This document shows, in pieces, positions 1-8,459 of a stretch of DNA of 64,000 bases (position 1 is its first letter; each line of letters starts with the position of its first letter). Both the position numbers and the translations under genes were made by a program. A model generated the notes under the pieces. It was not told the DNA's origin, searched no databases, and worked only from the letters and a program-made list of their open reading frames with translations. The stretch is from Spirochaetota bacterium (lineage in GTDB: Bacteria; Spirochaetota; UBA4802; UBA5550), in contig CAXXHB010000003.1 of assembly GCA_963664815.2 (NCBI GenBank), forward strand, positions 448,001 to 512,000, written 5' to 3'.

Positions 1-607
1 TCGCAGCTTCAAGGCGGGAGGGCCTCCTTCCGCTGGCAATAACCTTTGAGACACCCATGGCCTTGAGAACCTGAATGGCGTTGAGCCCGATAACTCCAAG
101 TCCGATTACAGCAAAGGTTTCATTCTCTTTCGGCAGAGCCCTGGCGATTGAAAAATATGATATTGAAAGGGGTTCCACGGAAGCGGCATCTTCGTAAGTC
201 AGTTCACCGGGAAGCTGAAAAACATTTCGCCCCATGGCGGCGAATGGTATGTGAACATATTCAGCCATGGCTCCCGGAAACTGGAATCCAAGAAGAGCCA
301 TATCTGAACACCTGTGGGGCTTCCCCTGGCTGCACCAGAAGCATCTACCGCAGGGTTTATATCCTGCAGCGGTTACCCTCATTCCGGCAGTAATACCTTT
401 TACCTGTGATCCGACATCAACCACGTCCCCGCTGAATTCATGTCCGAAGATTGTACCCTCCTGCCCGTCACGCTTATAGACATGCAGGTCAGAGCCGCAT
501 ACCCCGCATGCCTTCACCCTGACAATTATTCCATGTGATTCAAGTTTAGGATCCGGTACATTTTCAGTTCTGATATCCATTGCGCCGTGCATAACTGCCG
601 CTTTCAT
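1..607 (-). CDS. Zn-dependent medium-chain dehydrogenase (runs off the window edge)
   Basis: Not in the ORF track. My translation from ATG 607 (GGAGG RBS at ~615) gives MKAAVMHGAMDIRTENVPDP...VKACGVCGSDLH...IFGHEFSG. It has the GxCGSD and GHE motifs and a later GLGVIG Rossmann motif. Confidence 0.9.
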   Translation of the reverse strand, partial: MKAAVMHGAMDIRTENVPDPKLESHGIIVRVKACGVCGSDLHVYKRDGQEGTIFGHEFSGDVVDVGSQVKGITAGMRVTAAGYKPCGRCFWCSQGKPHRCSDMALLGFQFPGAMAEYVHIPFAAMGRNVFQLPGELTYEDAASVEPLSISYFSIARALPKENETFAVIGLGVIGLNAIQVLKAMGVSKVIASGRRPSRLEAA

Positions 608-681
608 CTGACCACCTCCTGAATTAAATTCTGTTTTTGTAAAAATATATTAAGATACCTATGACGGTTTATTTGAAAAAA

Positions 682-714
682 AACTATCCCCCGTGTTTTG
701 CACAGAGGATAGTT
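682..714. terminator. Putative intrinsic terminator after the first acyl-CoA dehydrogenase
   Basis: AACTATCC...GGATAGTT hairpin, followed on the minus strand by a T-run. Confidence 0.6.
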
Positions 715-744
715 AAAATAAAAATATTTTTACGGGTGCAATAT

Positions 745-2550
745 TTAATCAATAAATATGCCTGTGTCTGCTCCCGCTGTGAGTATTTCATCGCTGATCA
801 GTATTCCTGACAGAGTTTCAGCTTTCGGGAGCTCATATTTAAAGAAGTATTTCATTGTATGAATTTTTGAGTTGTAGAAGATCCTGAGATTCTCATCATT
901 GCAGCTTTTACTCTTTTTCGCGGCACAGGAGGCCTGCATGATCCACTGCCATGCTATGGTAAGAATCCCCGCCATCTCCAGATATATGGTCGCATCAGCA
1001 AGAAAAATCTCGATGTTTCCCTTTGAAGCAATCTGAAGAAGATGCATTGTTGTTTTCTGGAATGAAGAAAGGGCATCATTCAGTTTTAAAGAATAAGTCC
1101 TGAGTTCATCATATTTACCGGCTTCATTTATTGCGGATTTGATTTCATTGACATAATATTCAAAAGCCTTCCCTTTTTTCATTGTGGTCTTTCTGCCGAG
1201 GAGATCCTGCCCCTGGATACCGGTTGTACCTTCATGTATCGGGTGTATTCTTGAATCCCGGAAGAAAAGTTCAAGGTTGAAGTCCTGACAATAACCGTAA
1301 CCTCCGAGTATCTGGATGCCGGTACTGGTGGATTGTATACCCATTTCTGAAGGATAGCTCTTTGCAATAGGGGTCAGAAACTCCAGAAGAAGATCATACT
1401 TCTCTTTCTCTTCAGGTGAACAGACATTCATCATATCGACATATTTCCCAAGCTGAAGAACAAGCGAGAGAGAACCTTCTGATATGGCTTTCTGGAATAA
1501 AAGCATTCTTTTAACATCGGGGTGCTCTACAATCATGCATTGCGGCTCTGTCGGATTTTTGCTGTTAAGGGGTCTTCCCTGCGGCCTCTCCTGCGCATAT
1601 TTAAGCGAGTCATAGTATGCTGCGGAAGCAATTCCTGTCGCTCCGATACCCACATAGATACGCGCTTCATTCATCATCTGGAACATATAACCGAGTCCCC
1701 TGTTCTCTTCACCCACAAGCCATCCCCGGCAGTCATTATTTTCTCCAAGTGAAAGCTGTGCAATGGGTGAACCTTTGTAGCCGAGTTTATGCTCAATGCC
1801 CGCACATGTAACGTCGTTCGATGCCAGACCACCTTTGCCGTCATCCCTCAGTTTCGGGACAATGAAAAGTGAAATTCCCTTTACTCCCGCAGGTGCGCCT
1901 TCAATGCGGGCAAGCATAAGATGTACAACATTATCAACAGCGTTATGTGACCCGGCTGAAATAAATATCTTCTGCCCTTTTATTAAATAATAGCCCTTAT
2001 CTGTGGGTACTGCTTTTGTCTTTACATCGGATAATGAACTTCCCGCTTCAGGTTCGGTGAGAGCCATTGTACCCTGCCATTCGCCGGTGAACATTTTCGG
2101 CGTGTAGTATTTTTTCTGTTCAGGAGATCCGAAAGTAACAATAAGGTTTGATGCGCCGAATGTGAGGCCGGGATATACTCCCATTGAATAATTTGCGGCG
2201 GCAAACATATAATTGCATGCAGATATCACAGAGTAGGGGAGCTGCTGCCCTCCCTCTTCAAAAGTAAAATAGGCTGAAATAAATCCTATCTCCCCGCACT
2301 GTTTCAGGAAGGTTCTCACCATGGGGTGAACATGAACCTCTCCGTCTTTGTGAACCGGGGGATTCTTGTCCATCTCCCTGAGATATGGGCGCATGAGGTT
2401 GGCAGCCATTTTATTGACCGTTTCGAGCACCATTTCCATCGCTTCTTTGTTGTATTCGCTGAAATATTCATGTTTTGATAAATTCTGGACTTCAAGCATA
2501 TCAAAAAGCAGAAAATTCATGGTTTGTCTGCTTACAAATTTTTCTTCCAT
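745..2550 (-). CDS. Acyl-CoA dehydrogenase (long ~600-aa family)
   Basis: MALTEPEAGSS, GQKIFIS, EHKLG, MMNEARI, GGYGY and IHEGT motifs. Confidence 0.95.
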   Translation of the reverse strand: MEEKFVSRQTMNFLLFDMLEVQNLSKHEYFSEYNKEAMEMVLETVNKMAANLMRPYLREMDKNPPVHKDGEVHVHPMVRTFLKQCGEIGFISAYFTFEEGGQQLPYSVISACNYMFAAANYSMGVYPGLTFGASNLIVTFGSPEQKKYYTPKMFTGEWQGTMALTEPEAGSSLSDVKTKAVPTDKGYYLIKGQKIFISAGSHNAVDNVVHLMLARIEGAPAGVKGISLFIVPKLRDDGKGGLASNDVTCAGIEHKLGYKGSPIAQLSLGENNDCRGWLVGEENRGLGYMFQMMNEARIYVGIGATGIASAAYYDSLKYAQERPQGRPLNSKNPTEPQCMIVEHPDVKRMLLFQKAISEGSLSLVLQLGKYVDMMNVCSPEEKEKYDLLLEFLTPIAKSYPSEMGIQSTSTGIQILGGYGYCQDFNLELFFRDSRIHPIHEGTTGIQGQDLLGRKTTMKKGKAFEYYVNEIKSAINEAGKYDELRTYSLKLNDALSSFQKTTMHLLQIASKGNIEIFLADATIYLEMAGILTIAWQWIMQASCAAKKSKSCNDENLRIFYNSKIHTMKYFFKYELPKAETLSGILISDEILTAGADTGIFID

Positions 2551-2742
2551 ACATTCCTCGCTTATTTATTAAATTCTTCATATTAGTGTTATGTCTTAGT
2601 GTTATGTCAAAACTGACGTTTGTTAAACTCAAGAAGCCCTGATGGGGCTTTTTTAAGGGGCATCGCCCCTTATGCCCCTTAAAAATTGAGAAAATGAAAC
2701 AAGTCTGTTGTAAAACAGGATTCTTCTCAATGTACCGCTTAA

Positions 2743-4614
2743 TTACTCAGCGGGCATTCCTGTAAATATTGCGTCACTTGCTTTAATAGTGGCACTTTCA
2801 TCAAACTTGATGGCCTGTGAACATCCGAAAAATTTCGGAAGTTCATTCCCGAGGTAAAACTGTGATGCAAGCACTTTTCCCGAGTAAAAGGCTGCATCGG
2901 CATTATCTTCAAAAAGTTTCTCTCTGTCAGCTCCCTTGATATCGCCGACTAGTGACTGCATTTTTGGAAGGGTTACAGTGAGACTCCAGACATGGCACCA
3001 TGCAATAATTACCATATACAATGCATCATGAAGCGGCTTTGCCTGTGCGAAGATATTGAGAATCTTTCCACCCGAGAGATGCTGCTTCATAAGTTCAACA
3101 AGTGAATCCATCTCTTTTACGGCAGCAGAAAAGAGTCCCAGGTATTTTTCATTCACAATACCTTTAGCCTTTGCTATGGTTTCATCCATTCTCTTTCGGA
3201 GGATACTGTAGTTATATTGTCCCTTGTTCATTACAATCTTTCTCATGACAAGATCAATAGCCTGTATACCGTTTGTTCCCTCAAATATGGCGAGGATCTT
3301 GGAGTCGCTCAGATATCTTGCAGCGGGGTAATCCCTGCAGTATCCGTATCCTCCGTATGTCTGCATGGCTGTTGAACAGATCTCCACACCCTTGTCGGTG
3401 CAACCTGCTTTGCATATCGGGACAAGAATTTCCATCAGTGCAAGGGCCTCTTTTTTTGCAGTTTCATCGCTGTCACCATTAAGGCAGTCCTCCTGCATAA
3501 ATAAATAATAAATAAAAATTCTTTGTCCCTCAAGATGGGATTTCATCCAGAGAAGCATCCTTTTTACATCAGGATGATGGCTTATTGTTACAGGGAGGGC
3601 ATCAGGATTCATAATCTGTGTTACATCCGCACCCTGAACCCTGTTTTTTGCATATGTGGCGGCATGCATATATGCCGCTGATGAATGAGCATGCCCCTCA
3701 AAACCTGTATGGATACGGGCGATGTTCATCAGGTCAAACATGATCTTCATACCCTGGCGTTCCTGTCCAAGAAGATATCCCGTACAGCTGCCGTTGTCGC
3801 CAAATGCAAGCTGGGATGTGGACTGGCCATGAATACCCATTTTATGTTCGATGCCTGTACATATTACATCGTTGAATTCACCCCTGGTTCCGTCACTGTT
3901 AACCCTGTACTTGGGAACAATAAATATTGAGATACCCTTTGTTCCTTTCGGGTCACCCTCTATTCTTGCCAGAACAGCGTGAACCATGTTGTCGTAGTAA
4001 TCATTTTCACCTGAAGATATGAATATTTTCTGGCCTGTAATTTTATATGTACCGTCAGGCTGTTTTACAGCTTTGGTTTTAAGGTTACCGACATCAGAGC
4101 CGGCATCAGCTTCAGTGAGCGCCATAGTCCCCCCCCATTCGCCGCTCATGACCCTGTCGGCAAACAGTTTTTGCTGTTCAGGAGTGCCGTACTTATAGAT
4201 GAGGTCCATGCTGCCGTGTGAAAGGGCCGGGTACATCAACAACGGAAAGTTTGCCGAACTCATGAACTCATGTCCTGCGAAACCTACAGTAACCGGGAGC
4301 CCCATCCCTCCGTGCTCCTGTTTGTCATAAAGGCCCATAAACCCGGCTCCATAAAAAGCATCGAGGGCCGGATGATAACATGAGGGTATTGTGACTTTTT
4401 TTGTGACCGGATCCCATTTCGCACCTATTTTATCACCTTCATCTGCTGTCGGATAGATAACTTCAACAGATATCTTTTCCGCGAGGTCAATTATGGCCTC
4501 GAAAGTATCATGATCGAAATCTGCATATATCGGATATTTTGTCAGTTTATCTACATCCAGAAGTTCGAATAATACAAATTTAAGATCCCTTGTGTCGACT
4601 AAATAATTAAGCAT
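2743..4614 (-). CDS. Acyl-CoA dehydrogenase
   Basis: MALTEADAGSD, GQKIFIS, EHKMG, GGYGY and IFEGTNGIQ motifs. Confidence 0.95.
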   Translation of the reverse strand: MLNYLVDTRDLKFVLFELLDVDKLTKYPIYADFDHDTFEAIIDLAEKISVEVIYPTADEGDKIGAKWDPVTKKVTIPSCYHPALDAFYGAGFMGLYDKQEHGGMGLPVTVGFAGHEFMSSANFPLLMYPALSHGSMDLIYKYGTPEQQKLFADRVMSGEWGGTMALTEADAGSDVGNLKTKAVKQPDGTYKITGQKIFISSGENDYYDNMVHAVLARIEGDPKGTKGISIFIVPKYRVNSDGTRGEFNDVICTGIEHKMGIHGQSTSQLAFGDNGSCTGYLLGQERQGMKIMFDLMNIARIHTGFEGHAHSSAAYMHAATYAKNRVQGADVTQIMNPDALPVTISHHPDVKRMLLWMKSHLEGQRIFIYYLFMQEDCLNGDSDETAKKEALALMEILVPICKAGCTDKGVEICSTAMQTYGGYGYCRDYPAARYLSDSKILAIFEGTNGIQAIDLVMRKIVMNKGQYNYSILRKRMDETIAKAKGIVNEKYLGLFSAAVKEMDSLVELMKQHLSGGKILNIFAQAKPLHDALYMVIIAWCHVWSLTVTLPKMQSLVGDIKGADREKLFEDNADAAFYSGKVLASQFYLGNELPKFFGCSQAIKFDESATIKASDAIFTGMPAE

Positions 4615-4823
4615 ATTTACTACCTCATTTTCTATTGATGATATTATATGTTACCCTTCGGCTTTGCCCGGGGTAATGTACTTAAACTCTGCGCAACGGC
4701 ATTTACAAACAGGTTATCGGCATAACACATTGGCTGAGCGGAGCCGAAGCCCCGACTAAACGGCATCAACCTCCGGCTGAGAGGACTTGTGATGAACGAA
4801 GCCGAATCAGCCGAAGCCGGATT

Positions 4824-5570
4824 TTATTTGCCGAATAATCCCATGCTGATTGCTTTTTTCACAAATGCAAGGAAGCCCTCTCTTTCATGTTTACATGCTT
4901 CTTCAAGGGTTGCATTGTTCCGGTATTCTATAAGCTCTTTCATTGTCATGAGCATATCAAACTTGCCGTCACATATAAACTGTGCAATTTCCTTAACCCG
5001 TGGTATAAGATTATCGGGTGAGACAACCTCGTTTACAAGCCCTGCGCGGAGAGCGGTCTGGGCATCGATAAACTGGCAAGTCATGGACATCTGCATAGCC
5101 ATTCTGCGTCCAACGGCTTCCTGAAGAAGCTGTGTCATCCCCCATCCGGGATGAATTCCCACTCTTGAGTGGGTATCTGCAAACATTGCAAGTTCTGATG
5201 CGATCAGAAAGTCGCAGTTAAGTGCAATTTCAAATCCCCCTGTGATTGCGTGACCGTTAACAGCCCCTATTACAGGTTTTTTGCATAACCTGAAGGCATC
5301 TGTAAGATCCATGCCGTTACCTTTCGGGTCGAATAAATTCTCTTTCCCGGCGGCAGCAAGGTCAACACCGGAGCAGAAAGACTTGCCGTTGCCGGTAATT
5401 ACAGCAACCTTGATATCTTTATTGTTCTGTACTTCTTCAAGAGCATCAAAAAGCCCTATGAGAAGATTCTGGTTTATTGAGTTTCTTCTTTCCGGGCGGT
5501 TTAATGTTATGAGTGCGACATTATTTTCCACATTAAACAGGACTTCATCTACCATATTATTCACCTTCAT
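4824..5570 (-). CDS. Enoyl-CoA hydratase/isomerase (crotonase family)
   Basis: ITLNRPE, FCSGVDL, GHAITGGFEIAL and GIHPGWG motifs. Confidence 0.93.
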   Translation of the reverse strand: MKVNNMVDEVLFNVENNVALITLNRPERRNSINQNLLIGLFDALEEVQNNKDIKVAVITGNGKSFCSGVDLAAAGKENLFDPKGNGMDLTDAFRLCKKPVIGAVNGHAITGGFEIALNCDFLIASELAMFADTHSRVGIHPGWGMTQLLQEAVGRRMAMQMSMTCQFIDAQTALRAGLVNEVVSPDNLIPRVKEIAQFICDGKFDMLMTMKELIEYRNNATLEEACKHEREGFLAFVKKAISMGLFGK

Positions 5571-5706
5571 TTATTAAGTTTACAATTTATAAAATCTGAA
5601 AATAAAACAGAATGCAATTGATATTTTCTGAATATCACAATAGTTTCTGTTATATAACTCCAGAAAACTGATACATTATGATACTTATTGCATATAACTC
5701 GAAATC

Positions 5707-5726
5707 TGTCATTAACCTGAGTTAAT
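5707..5726. promoter_or_regulatory. Palindromic site TGTC-ATTAAC-N4-GTTAAT (copy 1)
   Basis: The same motif occurs at 11844-11862 and 47839-47858. This copy is ~140 bp upstream of the hydratase at 5570. Confidence 0.65.
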
Positions 5727-5821
5727 TAAATATTTATTTGTAAAGAAGTCTTTAAGGCACCTTTCGGGACTGATAACTGCCCATATCTTTATGAGAAACA
5801 AATATCATCCGGAGAGAGCCG

Positions 5822-5931
5822 GCCCCCTGAATCACCGGAGGATCTATAAACTTCCGGCAACAGCCTCATGAATCCCCGGCGGATCCATAATCTTCCGGCA
5901 ACAGCCCCCTAAATCCCCCGGCGGGGGACTT
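5822..5931. repeat. 41-bp-period REP-like tandem repeats (left array)
   Basis: Units GCCCCCTGAATCACCGGAGGATCTATAAACTTCCGGCAACA, GCCTCATGAATCCCCGGCGGATCCATAATCTTCCGGCAACA and GCCCCCTAAATCCCCCGGCGGGGGACT. Confidence 0.8.
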
Positions 5932-5944
5932 GAAGATACTGTTA

Positions 5945-6307
5945 TTAAACAATTTGTGTTAAATATTTTCTTATTTCAGACAGAACATAATCTATATTGT
6001 TAATCACATCTTCATTTTTAAATCGTAAAGTGGTTATCCCGGCACTCTTAAGATATTCATCCCTGTAATCGTCATAATCCTTTCTGTGTTTATGAACATC
6101 CCCATCGATCTCTACTGCAAACTTTTTCTCATGACAGTAAAAATCAAGTATGTATCTGTGTATTGGATGCTGAATTCTGAATCTAAAACCTTCCATTTTT
6201 TTAGTTTTTAATTCATTCCACAATATTTCTTCCGGAATTGTTAAATTCATCCGCATTTTTCTGGCAAGCTCGATAATATATTTTGGAGATCTTATCTTTG
6301 AACTCAT
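5945..6307 (-). CDS. DUF559/Vsr-like endonuclease domain protein
   Basis: ARKMRMNLTIPEEILW, FRIQHPI, YILDFYC, VEIDGDVH, RDEYL and LRFKNEDV match the typical DUF559 signature. Confidence 0.9.
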   Translation of the reverse strand: MSSKIRSPKYIIELARKMRMNLTIPEEILWNELKTKKMEGFRFRIQHPIHRYILDFYCHEKKFAVEIDGDVHKHRKDYDDYRDEYLKSAGITTLRFKNEDVINNIDYVLSEIRKYLTQIV

Positions 6308-6353
6308 AAATGTATTATTTCAGATAAATATTTATTTGTAAAGCAGTCTTTAA

Positions 6354-6441
6354 GTCCCCCCGGAGGATCCATATACCCACGGCAACAGCCCCCTGAATCA
6401 CCAGTGGATCTATAATCTTCCGGCAAGAGCCCCCGCACCCC
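6354..6441. repeat. 41-bp-period REP-like repeats (right array, cut by the IS)
   Basis: Same unit as the left array (GCCCCCTGAATCACCAGTGGATCTATAATCTTCCGGCAAGA), ending in GCCCCCGCACCCC at the IS junction. Confidence 0.8.
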
Positions 6442-8149
6442 TTGCCTGTTGATTAATCAAAGTATTAATTGACAGGCAGGAAATTATAAACCATGATGAA
6501 AATATCAAAGGTATGGAGATTATACATGGCAAAGTATAAACCTATAGAGAGGGGGCAAGGATATTTTTTAACAATATATCCGGAAGAAATATTTGATGAT
6601 AATTCAATAGAGAAGGTAATTGATAGATTCATAGATGAATATGTTGATACAAAACCATTTGATAAAAAATATAAGAATGATACGGTAGGGCAAAAGGCGA
6701 TAGAGCCCTCGGCAAAATTGAAAGTAATTTTATATGGATTAAGCCAGGGGATAGAGTCGATGAGAAAGATCGAGAGAATGCTTAATCGCAATCATCCCGG
6801 ATTTTTATTTTTAAGCGGCGGCAGATCAATAGATTATTCGACACTTTGCCGTTTTCTTAACGATTTTCCAGATCAGATTCCAGTTATCTTTGCCCGTTTA
6901 TTATATATACTTGAAGAATTAAATCTGATAGACTGGCGCAGAATAATGATAGACGGTACAAAGATAAGCAGTAATGCCAGTAAAGAATTTACACGAGACA
7001 AGGAAGGTTTCGATAAGAAGCTAAAACATTATGAGAACCTATCCGCGAAACTTTTAGCGAGAGCAAAATACATATCAGAGTTAAAAGATAAGGACGAAAT
7101 AAGCGAAGAAGAATTAAATAAAGAGAAAGATCTGATAGAAAAGCAGAAAAATAAATATGACCAGATCATGATGAAAATAAAGTCATATGAGGATGAGGTC
7201 AAAGAGGAAAGAATCACACCTGAAACAAAAGTGAACTTAACCGATAGTGAGAGTAAGCTTCTTAAAAAGGATGAAAGCTATATTCAGGGATATAACGTGC
7301 AGGCGGCATTTTGCAGCAACGACATACTTCTTTCAATAGAGGCCACATCTAAAGAAAGCGATATAAGCCTGCTTTCAGATATGGTAGAAAAAGTAGAAGT
7401 TGCTAAAGAAAGCAATGCAGTTAAATGTGAAAGTGAGTATTTATTAGACAAAGGTTATTTCAACATTACACAGATGAGTGAATTAATTCAGGAAGGTAAA
7501 GATTTATATATAGCACCCCCATTACATTTTACAGAGAGCTGGTTTATAAAGGGAGAACATCATGTACAACAAGAAGAAGATGGAGTATATTTTTTCTGCA
7601 AAGGTAAACGTAAGAAAAAGGGGAGATTAGAAAAATCTGACAATAAGTACAAATTCACATTGAGCCGTAATTTTTGTGTAGGATGTGAGCATTATTCATC
7701 ATGCTGGAAAGATAAGGATAGAAATAAGAGCAGAGTCTTTACGGTATCAAAAACCTATGTTGATAACAAAGAACTCTGGTTCAAATATAGAGATCGAATG
7801 CAAAGCGAAGAATGGAAGTATAAATATAACAGGCGTATTGGAAAAGAACACAATTTCTTTGACTTGAAATTCAACAATGGTCTGAGCCGTTTGAATTGGC
7901 GGGGACGAAAGAAATGTAATACTATATCGATTCTGGCCGGCATTACATATAACCTGAAAAAACTTCAGAAGGCAGTAGCGGATATAGGATGGGATGGAAT
8001 TCAATCTGCAGTAGCGTGAGAAGTTGTCGTGGATGGTTTATGCGATGTATATGAAGTCGAAGTAAAATATTTGAATAATTAGAAAGTATAATAAAAATTT
8101 ATAGAAAATTCATACTTCCTGTTTTGAATTTTTATTATTCAACATGCTA
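6442..8149 (+). mobile_element. IS1182-family insertion sequence
   Basis: Imperfect terminal IRs (TTGCCTGTTGATTAATCAA versus revcomp TAGCATGTTGAATAATAAA), a CCCC target duplication, an AT-rich interior and a single transposase ORF. Confidence 0.85.
6526..8019 (+). CDS. IS1182-family DDE transposase
   Basis: SMRKIER, DYSTLCRF, IDGTKISSNAS, GYNVQ, LLDKGY, C-x2-C and RGRKK motifs. Start placed at the ATG at 6526 after GGAG; the ORF track starts at 6493. Confidence 0.9.
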   Translation: MAKYKPIERGQGYFLTIYPEEIFDDNSIEKVIDRFIDEYVDTKPFDKKYKNDTVGQKAIEPSAKLKVILYGLSQGIESMRKIERMLNRNHPGFLFLSGGRSIDYSTLCRFLNDFPDQIPVIFARLLYILEELNLIDWRRIMIDGTKISSNASKEFTRDKEGFDKKLKHYENLSAKLLARAKYISELKDKDEISEEELNKEKDLIEKQKNKYDQIMMKIKSYEDEVKEERITPETKVNLTDSESKLLKKDESYIQGYNVQAAFCSNDILLSIEATSKESDISLLSDMVEKVEVAKESNAVKCESEYLLDKGYFNITQMSELIQEGKDLYIAPPLHFTESWFIKGEHHVQQEEDGVYFFCKGKRKKKGRLEKSDNKYKFTLSRNFCVGCEHYSSCWKDKDRNKSRVFTVSKTYVDNKELWFKYRDRMQSEEWKYKYNRRIGKEHNFFDLKFNNGLSRLNWRGRKKCNTISILAGITYNLKKLQKAVADIGWDGIQSAVA

Positions 8150-8270
8150 CCCCCGGAGGGGGCAAAGATAGTCTTGCCCCCTCCGGGGGTGCGGGGGCTG
8201 TTAAGTACCGGTAGCTGAGAGTGTATCTAATTGCCAGAGTGCAATGGCGGGGGCTGTTAAGTACAGGTTA
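8150..8270. repeat. REP-like palindrome plus GCGGGGGCTGTTAAGTAC direct repeats
   Basis: CCCCCGGAGGGGGCAA-agatagtc-TTGCCCCCTCCGGGGG hairpin. GCGGGGGCTGTTAAGTAC occurs at ~8191 and ~8248. Confidence 0.75.
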
Positions 8271-8400
8271 ATTTCCCGGATACTGTATCATCCAGACCGG
8301 GAGAGCGAGAGCAGGGGCTTATATTAAAGGTAGATTTAACAGATTATGTCCCCGGCAGACCATGGTCAGAGCGAAATTCTGGCAAAAGTCAGTTAAAAGA

Positions 8401-8426
8401 AACAGGATGCCTTGCGGCATCCTGTT
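8401..8426. terminator. Putative terminator after the acyl-CoA dehydrogenase ending at 8460
   Basis: AACAGGATGCC-ttgc-GGCATCCTGTT perfect hairpin. Confidence 0.7.
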
Positions 8427-8459
8427 CCATGTTCCAGGGTTTTTTGGGAGACTATAAAT

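Noticed and set aside
148-479. Plus-strand ORFs 148-393 and 267-479
   Set aside because: Antisense to the Zn-dehydrogenase on the minus strand.
2583-2608. 13-bp direct repeat TTAGTGTTATGTC x2
   Set aside because: A single short duplication with no other copies seen, likely slippage.
5822-6441. 41-bp repeats as a CRISPR array
   Set aside because: The units are contiguous and degenerate, with no unique spacers and no cas genes in the window.
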